The notes: generated by a model not told the origin, from the letters alone. A DNA stretch of 64,000 bases from Candidatus Latescibacterota bacterium (GCA_965116885.1 OZ220741.1:3680001-3744000), one strand, 5' to 3'. Positions 10,019 to 20,252 are shown, counted from the first letter of the stretch. Translations and numbers: made by a program.

Positions 10019-10757
10019 AAGAGATGACGCACGTGTCGCCAATCTGGCTACTGATGAAGAGGCACGCAACAAAGGCGTGGTTGAAGCATTGTTGATTGCA
10101 GCCGATGACCCTCTGGGAGCATCGCGCCTGTCATCGGTTTTGGGACGGGATACTGGCGCAAAAGAAATTCGCGCTTATGTCAATGATCTCAATGAAGAAT
10201 ACGCACAAACTGGTCGCAGTTTCAGGGTTGTCGAAGTCGCGGGGGGCTTTCAGTTGGCTGTACACAGCGAATTTGCGCCCTGGATTCGGCAACTGATGCG
10301 CGAGAAAGTCGCCCCCCGGCTTTCGCAAGCGTCTCTGGAAACCCTCGCTATTCTGGCTTTTAAGCAGCCGATTACCAAAGCCGAGGTTGAGCATATTCGC
10401 GGCGTATCTGTCGATGGCGTTTTGCGGCAATTGATGGAAAAGGGACTGATCCGCATTTCCGGGCGGTCAGACGCACCTGGGCGGCCCTTGTTATACGGAA
10501 CGACACGCGATTTTTTAAAGCATTTTGGCCTCAAGACCCTGTCTGATCTGCCCAGGATTCGCGAGTTGGAAGAGTTGCTCCGAGAAGAGGAGCAACGGGT
10601 GGCCGAAGGCAAAGACAGCTCGTTATCGGGCGTGATCAATACCGATGGGAATAGCGAACAGGATACCCATGACAGAGCGCCTGAACCGGTTTCTGGCCCG
10701 CGCGGGAGTGGCTTCGCGGCGGGCGAGCGACCGGTTGATTCAAACGGGCAGCGTTAA
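10011..10757 (+). CDS. scpB: Segregation and condensation protein B
   Basis: LSQASLETLAILAFKQPITKAEVEHIRGV, GRPLLYGTT, FGLKTLSDLP. Confidence 0.95.
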   Translation: MSERDDARVANLATDEEARNKGVVEALLIAADDPLGASRLSSVLGRDTGAKEIRAYVNDLNEEYAQTGRSFRVVEVAGGFQLAVHSEFAPWIRQLMREKVAPRLSQASLETLAILAFKQPITKAEVEHIRGVSVDGVLRQLMEKGLIRISGRSDAPGRPLLYGTTRDFLKHFGLKTLSDLPRIRELEELLREEEQRVAEGKDSSLSGVINTDGNSEQDTHDRAPEPVSGPRGSGFAAGERPVDSNGQR

Positions 10758-11406
10758 AATAAATGGCGCTGTTGTGACACATCCGGGCACGCGAATAAAC
10801 CCGCGTAGCGATCAGGTATGTGTCAATGGCCGGGCGATCCAATCGGTTGATCGACACACTTATATTTTATTGCACAAACCCCCGGGATATCTGGTATCGG
10901 CGCGCGATCCGCATCATGCCCAAACAATTTACAAATTGTTGCGCGGCATTGATGCTCGGATTTTTCCCGTCGGACGGCTCGATCTGGATACGCGAGGGGT
11001 TTTGTTGTTGATGGACGATGGCGATCTGGCATTTCGATTGACTCATCCGCGGTATGGGGTAAAGAAAGTCTATCGCGCCTGGGTGAGCGGGCATCCCAGC
11101 AATGCGGTATTGAGAGCACTGCGAGAGGGAATAAAGCTCAATGATGGTATTTCTGCTCCTGCACATATTCGGATTATGCGCGCAAGAGGTGGAGATACAG
11201 AATTAGAATTGGTGCTTCACGAGGGGCGCAAAAGACAAGTGAAGCGGATGTGCGAGGCGGCAGGACATCGGGTGCTATCTTTAATACGCACGCATTTTGC
11301 CGGTCTCACAACGCGGCACCTCAAGTTAGGCCAATGGCGGCATCTGACCCAGGCAGAAGTAAAGAGGCTCCGAGAACTGGTCGGGTTGTCCCTGAACAAT
11401 GAGTAA
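10669..11406 (+). CDS. rluB: rRNA pseudouridine synthase (RluB/RsuA family)
   Basis: S4 domain ERLNRFLARAGVASRR, VGRLDLDTRG catalytic Asp, EGRKRQVKRM. Confidence 0.9.
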   Translation: MTERLNRFLARAGVASRRASDRLIQTGSVKINGAVVTHPGTRINPRSDQVCVNGRAIQSVDRHTYILLHKPPGYLVSARDPHHAQTIYKLLRGIDARIFPVGRLDLDTRGVLLLMDDGDLAFRLTHPRYGVKKVYRAWVSGHPSNAVLRALREGIKLNDGISAPAHIRIMRARGGDTELELVLHEGRKRQVKRMCEAAGHRVLSLIRTHFAGLTTRHLKLGQWRHLTQAEVKRLRELVGLSLNNE

Positions 11407-11409
11407 TGT

Positions 11410-12093
11410 ATGCGCGAAAATGGGATTGTCATTGCGATTGATGGCCCGGCAGGTGCTGGCAAGAGCACGACTGCCCGGCTTGTTGCAGAGCAAATGGGAT
11501 ACCTCTATTTGGATACTGGGGCGATGTATCGCGCCGTCGGGCTGGCTGTCCTGCAACAGGGCATTAATCCCGATGATGCCGATGGCGTGACCGCATTGTG
11601 TAGTGCGCTCAATATCGCACTTGAGATGCGAGATGGGCAGTTGCAAACCTTGCTCAATAAAAAAAATATATCCGCTGCAATTCGCTCATCTGAAATTTCG
11701 CAGGCTGCGTCTCGCGTAGCTGTCCATCCAGGGGTGCGCGATGTGCTCGTTGCATTACAGCGGGCCATGGGGAGAGATGGAGGTATTGTTTTAGAAGGTA
11801 GAGATACTGGGACTGCTATTTTTCCAGATGCGGAATTGAAAATTTTTCTCGTTGCCGATCCTGCCGAACGCGCGCGGCGACGACTCAGAGACTTAAAAAA
11901 AAGGGGCGAATCCGCTGTGTTTGAGTCGCTGTTGGACGAAATTCGCATTCGGGATATTCGCGACCGACAAACGCAGTTGCAACGCGGCGCGTGGCCCGCA
12001 CCTGATGCCGTGTGTATAGATACTACAGAATTGTCAATCGCAGAACAAGTGGATCGGATTGTTGCACTTGCCCAACGGCAAAATAGGGCGTGA
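11410..12093 (+). CDS. cmk: Cytidylate kinase
   Basis: IAIDGPAGAGKST, YLDTGAMYRA, EGRDTGTAIFPDAELKIFL. Confidence 0.95.
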   Translation: MRENGIVIAIDGPAGAGKSTTARLVAEQMGYLYLDTGAMYRAVGLAVLQQGINPDDADGVTALCSALNIALEMRDGQLQTLLNKKNISAAIRSSEISQAASRVAVHPGVRDVLVALQRAMGRDGGIVLEGRDTGTAIFPDAELKIFLVADPAERARRRLRDLKKRGESAVFESLLDEIRIRDIRDRQTQLQRGAWPAPDAVCIDTTELSIAEQVDRIVALAQRQNRA

Positions 12094-12758
12094 ATGGTAA
12101 ATGGATGGTATCGATGACATTTTATCGCTTTTTCTGGTGGCTGGCCTACGGGCTGGCCGTTATTTTCTTTCGATTACGGGTCGAAGGTCGGTGTCACATA
12201 CCCCAGTCGGGTGCTTTGATTTTAGCTGCTAACCACTGTTCTTACGTCGATCCCGTTATTATTGGAGTTGCGGCAGGACGCGAACTTTGGTATCTTGCTA
12301 AGGCTGAACTCTTTCCTCTTCCGTTGCTGGGAAAGCTGATTCACAGGTTGCACGCGATGCCCGTAGATCGGAGCCGTGGAGACCGCAGCGCATTTTTGGC
12401 CTGGACAAAAACTTTGCAGGCAGGTAATCCCGTGCTCATTTTTCCAGAAGGCACGCGCAATAAACGTCCCGGTTTTCTGCGTCCCCGAGCAGGGGTTGGC
12501 ATGCTGGTTTATCGCACTCAGGCACCTGTGATACCCGTATATATTTCGGGCACAGTTAATATCTGGAAAACTATGGTTGGGTTGGAGCGGTTGCAGGTGC
12601 GGTTTGGCGAGCCCATTTTTCATTCCTCAAAACAATTGCCCGATAGGCGTCGTGACGCCTACAATTTTATTACTCAGGAAGTGATGCATCATCTCGCTGT
12701 TCTGAAGCGGATGCGGCGGAAAGCCGGCACGGTCGCACCCGCTTCTCACAATAATTAA
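12090..12758 (+). CDS. plsC: 1-acyl-sn-glycerol-3-phosphate acyltransferase
   Basis: NHCSYVD (HxxxxD), IFPEGTR. Confidence 0.9.
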   Translation: MNGKWMVSMTFYRFFWWLAYGLAVIFFRLRVEGRCHIPQSGALILAANHCSYVDPVIIGVAAGRELWYLAKAELFPLPLLGKLIHRLHAMPVDRSRGDRSAFLAWTKTLQAGNPVLIFPEGTRNKRPGFLRPRAGVGMLVYRTQAPVIPVYISGTVNIWKTMVGLERLQVRFGEPIFHSSKQLPDRRRDAYNFITQEVMHHLAVLKRMRRKAGTVAPASHNN

Positions 12759-12850
12759 CAATAAGGTGTCGGTACGGTTTGATCGACGTTGTTCGTCGTT
12801 CTTTTTTTATTATTTTGCGCGATTTTTTAGCGTGAAAGGAATTATTTGGT

Positions 12851-14755
12851 ATGTCCGTTAATACCCTTCCCAAACCCACCCCTGAAGAAGCACTGGCCGC
12901 GCTGGATGAAAGCGAATATAGCGAGGCAGAATTTAATGAAATGATGGAGCTCTACGAAGAGACGTTAGAGACCATTAAGCAGGGCGAGATTGTTATGGGC
13001 ACTGTGAGGTCCATCCACGATGGGATCGTAGTGGTAGATATTGGTTTTAAGTCTGAAGGCGCGATACCCCTCTCTGAGTTTGGCGACCCGCCAGCTATAG
13101 AGGAAGGCGATGAAATCGAGGTTTTTTTAGAGAGTATTGAAGATCAAGAAGGCCAGGTGGTGCTGTCCAAGACCAAAGCTGACTTTATGCGGGTGTGGGA
13201 CCGCATTAAGGATGCGTATGATAGCGATCAGATTGTTGAAGGTCGCTTGATGCGGCGAATCAAGGGTGGCATAGTGGTGGATCTTTTCGGCGTCGATGCT
13301 TTTTTGCCCGGCTCCCAAATTGACATCAAACAGGTCAAAAATTTTGATCAATTTCTCGGCAATGTGTACCCATTTCGCATTATAAAACTCAACAAGAATC
13401 GCCGAAATATTGTCATTTCTCGCCGCGTCGTACTCGAAGAAGAACGTTCCAGGCTGCGCAAACAGATTCTCGCCACACTGGAAGTGGGACAAGTGCGTCA
13501 GGGATCGGTCAAAAATATCACCGATTTTGGCGCGTTTATCGATCTGGGTGGATTAGATGGATTGTTGCATATTACAGATATTGCCTGGGGCCGCGTTGGG
13601 CATCCATCAGAAGTTTTGTCCATTGGTGAAGAAGTAGAAGTCAAGGTGCTCAATTACGATGAAAAACGCGAGCGCATTTCGCTGGGTATGAAGCAATTAC
13701 AAGATCATCCCTGGAAAGATGTTGAGGAAAAATATCCGGTTGATAGCAAGGTGATAGGTAAGGTTGTCAGCATTACGGATTACGGAGCTTTTGTCGAGTT
13801 GGAACAGGGGGTCGAAGGGTTGGTCCACATTTCTGAAATGTCGTGGACGCAGCATATTCGCCATCCTTCCAAGCTGGTCTCCATTAGTGATGAAGTTGAG
13901 GTTATGGTCCTGCGCGTGGATCAGGAAGGTCAGAAAATTTCGTTGGGTCTCAAGCAGGTGCAGCCCGATCCATGGGAAGATCTCGACAACAAATACCCTT
14001 CAGGTACACCTCTTCGAGGCATTGTACGCAATTTGACCAATTTTGGAGCCTTTGTCGAAATCGAAGAGGGAATCGACGGGCTGGTGCATATTTCCGATAT
14101 GTCCTGGACCAAGCGTATTCGCCATCCGAGTGAGGTAATAAAAAAAGGCCAGGAATTGGATATTGTTGTGCTCAATATCGATAAAGAGCGGCGGCGCATC
14201 TCACTGGGGCACAAACAGACTATTGAAAATCCCTGGGCAAAACTGGCCGTTACCTATGCTGTGGGAAATGCCGTAGAAGGTACTATTTCACGTGTTCTCG
14301 AACGCGGGGTGGTCGTTGACCTCGAAGGCCATGTAGAGGGATTTGTGCCAGTCTCTCAACTGGGTATTGATGACCTTCAACGTCCCGATGAATATTTCGA
14401 GGAAGGCGATGAGATGCCGCTGAAAGTCGTGGAGTTTGACGAAGACCAAAAGAAAATTGTATTGAGCGTGCGAGAGCGTTTGCGCGATGCCGATCAAGAT
14501 GAAATAGACGCTTTTCATGCAGCACATCCCCGACGCGAAAGCGCAGAAGATCAAGTAGGGGAAGAAGTGGCAGAAGCTGAGGCCGAGGTAGAAGTGGAAG
14601 CAGAGACAGAGGATAAAGTTGAAGATACTGTGGAAGAGGTAGAGGCTGAAACTGAAGTAGAAGATGCAGTGGAAGCAGAGGCTGAAGCAGAAGTAGAAGC
14701 TGAGGTAGAAGTAGAGGTGGAAGAAGAAAAAGCACAGAGCAGCAAAGAGGAATAA
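12851..14755 (+). CDS. rpsA: 30S ribosomal protein S1 with long acidic C-terminal tail
   Basis: Six S1 domains (VDIGFKSEG, DFGAFIDLGGLDGLLHITD, GLVHISEMSW) followed by an E/A/V-rich tail. Confidence 0.97.
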   Translation: MSVNTLPKPTPEEALAALDESEYSEAEFNEMMELYEETLETIKQGEIVMGTVRSIHDGIVVVDIGFKSEGAIPLSEFGDPPAIEEGDEIEVFLESIEDQEGQVVLSKTKADFMRVWDRIKDAYDSDQIVEGRLMRRIKGGIVVDLFGVDAFLPGSQIDIKQVKNFDQFLGNVYPFRIIKLNKNRRNIVISRRVVLEEERSRLRKQILATLEVGQVRQGSVKNITDFGAFIDLGGLDGLLHITDIAWGRVGHPSEVLSIGEEVEVKVLNYDEKRERISLGMKQLQDHPWKDVEEKYPVDSKVIGKVVSITDYGAFVELEQGVEGLVHISEMSWTQHIRHPSKLVSISDEVEVMVLRVDQEGQKISLGLKQVQPDPWEDLDNKYPSGTPLRGIVRNLTNFGAFVEIEEGIDGLVHISDMSWTKRIRHPSEVIKKGQELDIVVLNIDKERRRISLGHKQTIENPWAKLAVTYAVGNAVEGTISRVLERGVVVDLEGHVEGFVPVSQLGIDDLQRPDEYFEEGDEMPLKVVEFDEDQKKIVLSVRERLRDADQDEIDAFHAAHPRRESAEDQVGEEVAEAEAEVEVEAETEDKVEDTVEEVEAETEVEDAVEAEAEAEVEAEVEVEVEEEKAQSSKEE

Positions 14756-14781
14756 GATAGTTCAGATCTTTCTGGCGGTTG

Positions 14782-14819
14782 CAAAGCGTTGGGGCATATC
14801 GTCTCAACGCTTTGTTTTT
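14782..14819 (+). terminator. Rho-independent terminator after rpsA
   Basis: CAAAGCGTTGGGGC / GTCTCAACGCTTTG stem followed by TTTTT. Confidence 0.7.
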
Positions 14820-14836
14820 GCAAATGGCTGATTTTT

Positions 14837-16192
14837 ATGCGAAATCAAAAGACAGTTGCGTTTTATACACTGGGTTGTAAGCTCAATACCTATGACACAC
14901 AGTGGTATGCCGAGCAGTTTGTGGCGCAGGGTTATCGCGAGGTGCCGTTTGGCGAGTTGGCAGATGTTACTGTGGTCAATACATGCACCGTGACTGGCCA
15001 AGGGGATGCGCAGTCGCGCAAGGCATTGCGCAAAGCGCATCGGATTTCGCCCACAGGCACCGTGGTTGCGGTGGGGTGTTATGCACAAACGGATCCAGAT
15101 GCCCTATCTGCAATGCCCGAAGTCGATCTGGTGGTAGGGACAGCAGAGCGGACGCAACTCCTGGATCTGGTAAATAATACCTGTTCTTTGGGGCGCACAT
15201 TTGTGACGCGCAGTCGCGCGGCAGATTTTCAGGATATGGATATTTACAATTTTGGCGGACGCGCTCGCGCTTTTGTCAAAATTCAGGAAGGTTGCAATGA
15301 GTTTTGCTCGTTTTGCATTATTCCTTTTGCGCGTGGGCGCAGTCGCAGCCGCACGCTTGAGAATACCGTATTGCAGGTCGAAAAATTGGTGGCTGCGGGC
15401 TATCGAGAGGTAGTGCTGACGGGTGTGCATATTGGCGATTATGGCGTGGATTTAGAGGCACGCGACTTGTTGCAGGTGCTGGAGGCTATTGAGCGGATCA
15501 ATGGGTTGGAACGCTTTCGCGTGAGTTCAATTGAAGCGACTTATGTGACCGATGCCATGATCGATTTTTTTGCGTCGAGCCAGAAGTTTTGCAGGCATTT
15601 GCACATTCCATTGCAAAGCGGTGACAATGGCGTGTTGAAGGCGATGCGGCGTCCCTATACGCGGGAGCAGTATATTGCGCTGATTGAAAAACTCGCGGAG
15701 AGGATTCCCGATGTGGGCATTGGCGGCGATGTGATGGTGGGTTTTCCCGGTGAGTCGGATGAGGCATTTTACAATACGCGCGATTTGATTGCCAATCATC
15801 CCATGACGTATTTGCACGTATTTCCGTATTCGCCGCGCGGCAAAACGCCTGCAGCGCGCATGAAGAATCAGGTTGATTCACGGGTGAAAAAGCAACGCGG
15901 TGCAATACTTCGCGCATTGGGGCAGCAAAAGGTGGCGGCATTTCAAGCGCGGTTTGTTGGGCGGACATTGCCCGTGCTTTTTGAAAACCGCCGCAATGGA
16001 CAGCTTTTACAGGGGTTGACCGATAATTATATCCGCGTGGTTGCACCAGCCCCAGATACCGCGTGCGAAGAGATTGTCGATGTGCGCTTGCAGCGGGTTG
16101 AAGACGATGTGGTCGTCGGAGAATTAGCGGGTTATGAGCGCGAAATAGTGCAGCATCACGCGCGAGAATTATTACAGTTGCAAAGTGCATAA
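14837..16192 (+). CDS. mtaB: tRNA t6A37 methylthiotransferase MtaB (radical SAM)
   Basis: TLGCKLN, NTCTVT, GCYAQ, KIQEGCNEFCSFCIIP, HVFPYSPR. Confidence 0.9.
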   Translation: MRNQKTVAFYTLGCKLNTYDTQWYAEQFVAQGYREVPFGELADVTVVNTCTVTGQGDAQSRKALRKAHRISPTGTVVAVGCYAQTDPDALSAMPEVDLVVGTAERTQLLDLVNNTCSLGRTFVTRSRAADFQDMDIYNFGGRARAFVKIQEGCNEFCSFCIIPFARGRSRSRTLENTVLQVEKLVAAGYREVVLTGVHIGDYGVDLEARDLLQVLEAIERINGLERFRVSSIEATYVTDAMIDFFASSQKFCRHLHIPLQSGDNGVLKAMRRPYTREQYIALIEKLAERIPDVGIGGDVMVGFPGESDEAFYNTRDLIANHPMTYLHVFPYSPRGKTPAARMKNQVDSRVKKQRGAILRALGQQKVAAFQARFVGRTLPVLFENRRNGQLLQGLTDNYIRVVAPAPDTACEEIVDVRLQRVEDDVVVGELAGYEREIVQHHARELLQLQSA

Positions 16193-16210
16193 ACAGCGAG
16201 ATCTGGACAG

Positions 16211-16249
16211 AAAAGGCCGATTCCGAAAGGAATTGGTCTTTTTTTTTTT
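16211..16249 (+). terminator. Rho-independent terminator after mtaB
   Basis: AAAAGGCCGATTCC-GAAA-GGAATTGGTCTTTT hairpin plus long T run. Confidence 0.85.
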
Positions 16250-16317
16250 CAAATTCTGAGTATATTCCCGAAGAGAAAGAATTTTTGTGTTTTATTACAA
16301 AATAAAGGAGAGAAATT

Positions 16318-16884
16318 ATGTCTTTTGACACAGGTGCTTATGGCGGTGTTTTTGCGGAATTGATTTCCGAAAAGCGATTGAACCCACTGGATGGCGGCGA
16401 AGAGAATACCGCGGCGAAAAACGCGCTCGACGCGCTGACTGTGGCATCTGCATTTGCTGGGAAAAAAGTAGTGGATGAAGATATGGCACAGGCCTGTATT
16501 TCTGGCATGTGGCTGTATCACAACTTTTTAGATGCGTCTCACACCATCAGCCAGGGCATTCATACGGCGACTGGAAGTTATTGGCACGGCATCATGCATC
16601 GCCGCGAACCCGATTTTTCCAATTCAAAATACTGGTTTGGCAAAGTGGGCAACCACGCCATTTTTGACGATTTGCGCGAGGCGGCAGCTGGCATTGCGGG
16701 TGGTGTTTCCGGTGCGCCAGAGTTTTTGATGACGCAAGCACATTGGGATGCAGGTGCCTATGTTGACCTGTGTGCCGATGCTCTTGAAGGGCGCTCAGCA
16801 CACGACGCGCTTTGCCGCGAGATTCAATTGCGGGAGTGGGAGTTGTTGTTTGATTATTCATATCGAAAAGCGGTAGGGGAATGA
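16318..16884 (+). CDS. Conserved hypothetical protein (YWHGIMHRREPDFSNSKYWF motif)
   Basis: AGGAG RBS, 188 aa ORF with a His/aromatic-rich conserved-looking block. Confidence 0.75.
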   Translation: MSFDTGAYGGVFAELISEKRLNPLDGGEENTAAKNALDALTVASAFAGKKVVDEDMAQACISGMWLYHNFLDASHTISQGIHTATGSYWHGIMHRREPDFSNSKYWFGKVGNHAIFDDLREAAAGIAGGVSGAPEFLMTQAHWDAGAYVDLCADALEGRSAHDALCREIQLREWELLFDYSYRKAVGE

Positions 16885-16905
16885 GAAGCCTTTAGAGGAT
16901 TTGGG

Positions 16906-19548
16906 ATGGCGACACAACTGACACCTGCGATGGAACAGTACGCGCGTTTTAAGGAGCAGCATCCGGATGCGATTTTGCTATTTCGGATGGGCGATTTTTA
17001 CGAGACGTTTTACGATGATGCCGTTGTTGCATCTCAGCTTTTGGGTTTGACATTGACATCGCGTAACAATGGGCGTGCAGATCGCATCCCACTGGCAGGC
17101 GTGCCGCATCACGCGCTGGATACCTATCTCGCAAGGCTTATCAAAGCCGGTAAAAAAGTGGCGATTTGCGAGCAGATGGAGCCGCCGCAAAAGGGTAAAA
17201 AAGTGGTGCGCCGCGAGGTGGTGCAGGTTGTATCGCCGGGAACGGTAATGTCCGATGATTTGCTCGATCAAAAGCGCAATAATTATCTCGTGGGCATTTT
17301 TGTTTCTGACGATCAATTGGGCATGGCAACAGCGGATTTGTCAACGGGAATGTTCAGGGCATCGGAACGCGCGGCAGATGATTTGTGGGAGATATTGGAG
17401 CGCGTGGCTCCCGCAGAGGTGCTGGCGCCCGAGGCGTGGGTCAAAGACAACGAAGCCGAGTTTGAAGCGCGGATGCCGGGTGCTTTGCTCACGCATATAG
17501 AAGATTGGCATTTTGGACAGCATTATGCGTACGATACACTGAAGGAACATTTTAAGGTGGCGTCTCTCAAGGGCTTTGGATGCGATGATCTCACCGTTGG
17601 GATATGCGCCGCAGGTGGCGTGCTGTGTTATTTGCGCGAAAACCAGAAGGGTGCCGTATCCCATATTACGCGATTGGCGCGCGAACACACCGAGTCGGTG
17701 ATGGAATTGGATCTGGTGACACAGCGCAATTTGGAGCTGGTTACAACCATTCAAGAGGGGCGGCGCGAGGGCACGTTGTTTGGGGTTTTAGATCAGACGT
17801 GTACGCCGCAGGGCGCGCGGACACTGCGCACATGGCTATCACAGCCGCTTGTAGATGTCGGTCGCATTGACGCACGCCTGGATGCAGTACAAGAATTTGT
17901 CGAATCTGCGGTGTGTCGGGACGAGGCGCGAGAGGCCCTGCGCGGTGTTGGAGATCTGGAGCGATTGATGTCCCGAATTTGTTGCAATCGGGCCAATCCG
18001 CGAGAGCTTGTGGCGCTCCAGCGGTCCTTGGAAGCAATTGTTCCTCTGCGAGAAGCCCTGCGTGAATTTCGCGCGGATTTGCTGGTGCGGGCGCGCGATC
18101 AGGGCATGCCGGACCTGACAGAACTGATCAATTTGATCGCTCGCACGCTTGAGGACGACCCACCTGCACAGATTAGCGATGGCGGATATATCAGAACGGG
18201 CTATCACAAAGATCTGGATGAATTGCGGGAGATCGCATCGGGTGGGCGCGATTGGGTTGCCAATTTGCAGGCAGAGGAACGCGAGAAAACAGGTATTGCG
18301 TCGTTGAAGGTGGGGTATAACAAGGCATTTGGGTATTATATTGAGGTCACCAAGGCCAATCAGGATAAGGTGCCTGCGTATTTTGTGCGCAAGCAAACAC
18401 TGGTCAATGCCGAGCGGTATATCACGCCTGAGTTGAAGGATTGGGAGGCGAAAATTTTGGGCGCGGATGAGCGGGCCAAAGACCTCGAGCGCGATTTGTT
18501 TGCCGCGTTGCGCGAAAAGGTGGCCGGTTGGGTGGAGCCCGTGCAGCGCACGGCGCTATCCGTGGCCACGGTAGATGTGTTGAGTACGCTGGCAGAGGTG
18601 GCATCGTCCAGTGATTATGTGCGTCCCCAGGTGGATGATAGCGTGCGTATTGATGTGAAAGAAGGGCGACATCCCGCGGTTGAGCAGTTGCTTCCGGGCG
18701 GGAGTTTTGTGCCCAATGATCTGACGATTGATGGCGAGACCGATCAAATTTTACTGATTACTGGCCCAAATATGTCGGGGAAATCGACGATTTTGCGCCA
18801 GACCGGGTTGATTGTGCTTTTGGCGCAGGTCGGCAGTTTTGTGCCGGCGCGCGAGGCGCGTATTGGGGTGGTGGATCGCATTTTTACACGGGTGGGTGCA
18901 TCCGATAATCTGGCGCGGGGCGAGAGTACGTTTTTGGTGGAGATGAATGAGGCGGCGAATATTTTGAATAATGCGACGCCGAAGAGTTTGGTGCTTTTGG
19001 ACGAGATTGGACGCGGGACGAGTACGTTTGATGGGTTGAGCATTGCCTGGGCGATGACGGAGTATTTGCACAATGCCGAACAGATTCAGCCGCGGACGTT
19101 GTTTGCGACGCATTATCACGAGTTGACAGAATTGGAGGATTTGCTGCCGCGGGTGGTGAATTACAGCGTTGCGGTGCGCGAGGCGGGCGATACCATCGCG
19201 TTTTTACACAAGCTGGTGCCGGGTGGATGCGACCACAGCTACGGCATTGAGGTGGCGCGCCTGGCCGGGATGCCGACAGAGATGATTGCGCGAGCAAAAG
19301 AGATTTTGAACCGGCTGGAGCAAAACGATCTGTCAGTGGGGTCAAAACCCCAACCCGATCGCGTGAAGGAGAATGGGCAGATGCCGCTGTTTGCGCCGGT
19401 AGCAGAAGTGAAGGTGGAGCGGGAAGATCACCCGATGCTGTCTGAGTTGCGCGATTTAGACATCGCACATCTCACACCGGTTGAGGCGCTGGTGAAATTG
19501 GATGCGTGGAAGCGGGCGTTGATACAGGAATCACAACATGGCTCTTGA
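16906..19548 (+). CDS. mutS: DNA mismatch repair protein MutS
   Basis: FRMGDFYETF, TGPNMSGKST Walker A, DEIGRGTSTFDG, ATHYHEL. Confidence 0.98.
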   Translation: MATQLTPAMEQYARFKEQHPDAILLFRMGDFYETFYDDAVVASQLLGLTLTSRNNGRADRIPLAGVPHHALDTYLARLIKAGKKVAICEQMEPPQKGKKVVRREVVQVVSPGTVMSDDLLDQKRNNYLVGIFVSDDQLGMATADLSTGMFRASERAADDLWEILERVAPAEVLAPEAWVKDNEAEFEARMPGALLTHIEDWHFGQHYAYDTLKEHFKVASLKGFGCDDLTVGICAAGGVLCYLRENQKGAVSHITRLAREHTESVMELDLVTQRNLELVTTIQEGRREGTLFGVLDQTCTPQGARTLRTWLSQPLVDVGRIDARLDAVQEFVESAVCRDEAREALRGVGDLERLMSRICCNRANPRELVALQRSLEAIVPLREALREFRADLLVRARDQGMPDLTELINLIARTLEDDPPAQISDGGYIRTGYHKDLDELREIASGGRDWVANLQAEEREKTGIASLKVGYNKAFGYYIEVTKANQDKVPAYFVRKQTLVNAERYITPELKDWEAKILGADERAKDLERDLFAALREKVAGWVEPVQRTALSVATVDVLSTLAEVASSSDYVRPQVDDSVRIDVKEGRHPAVEQLLPGGSFVPNDLTIDGETDQILLITGPNMSGKSTILRQTGLIVLLAQVGSFVPAREARIGVVDRIFTRVGASDNLARGESTFLVEMNEAANILNNATPKSLVLLDEIGRGTSTFDGLSIAWAMTEYLHNAEQIQPRTLFATHYHELTELEDLLPRVVNYSVAVREAGDTIAFLHKLVPGGCDHSYGIEVARLAGMPTEMIARAKEILNRLEQNDLSVGSKPQPDRVKENGQMPLFAPVAEVKVEREDHPMLSELRDLDIAHLTPVEALVKLDAWKRALIQESQHGS

Positions 19549-19888
19549 AACGAGAATGACCATACCCGACATGCACAAAAAAATTGAGGAAATGGCACAG
19601 CGTCTGGTTGAACAATTTAACCCAGATAAAATTGTCCTTTTTGGCTCTTATGCCAGAGGTGATGTGGGGATAGATAGCGATGTAGATTTGCTGGTGGTCA
19701 AACCCATTGTTGGCTCTAAGCGCGAAGCACGCATTGCCATGCGAATGGCCGTTAGGGGACTGGGGATCGCAAAAGATATTGTGTTGGCTACCCCCGAAGA
19801 CATAGCAAAATATCAAAATGTAGTTGGCACAGTCATTCGATCCGCGCTGAATGAGGGAAAGGTCTTGTATGAACGCGCCGATTCATAA
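19538..19888 (+). CDS. Minimal nucleotidyltransferase (MNT)
   Basis: LFGSYARGD...SDVDLLVV (GSx10DxD), ends EGKVLYE. Confidence 0.88.
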   Translation: MALETRMTIPDMHKKIEEMAQRLVEQFNPDKIVLFGSYARGDVGIDSDVDLLVVKPIVGSKREARIAMRMAVRGLGIAKDIVLATPEDIAKYQNVVGTVIRSALNEGKVLYERADS

Positions 19889-20252
19889 TAAAGAGGTTGC
19901 AAAACAGATTCTCGATAAGCTCTCCGATGAGAGTTTAGAGGTGGTAATCAGTTTGCTGAGTTCTCTCAAAAACCAGGAGTGTCCCAAACGGACTGATCTG
20001 TTGTCGATCTATCCGTGGGTTCAGTATCTGTCCGATGAGGACTGCGACGAATTTTTCGAGGAACTATTAGATGCTGCAAAGGACAATGGCACAGGTGTTG
20101 ATGAAGTGGTCAACGCCTGGTGGGAGACCGCAGAAATCCTATCTGACCGTGAAACGATGACCGACATTGCTGAATCGGAAAAACATCTCGCAAATGGTGA
20201 GGGGGTTTCTTGGGACAGGGTGAAGCAACGCCTCAATATCAAATCGTTATAG
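19869..20252 (+). CDS. Putative type II antitoxin
   Basis: Acidic 127 aa protein with WETAEILSD...IAESEKHLANGEGVSWDRVK, an antitoxin-like tail, directly upstream of a RelE-like ORF. Confidence 0.6.
   Translation: MNAPIHNKEVAKQILDKLSDESLEVVISLLSSLKNQECPKRTDLLSIYPWVQYLSDEDCDEFFEELLDAAKDNGTGVDEVVNAWWETAEILSDRETMTDIAESEKHLANGEGVSWDRVKQRLNIKSL

Noticed and set aside
14837..16192. mtaB as the methanol methyltransferase partner of the corrinoid cluster
   Set aside because: Name coincidence. This is the radical-SAM tRNA methylthiotransferase
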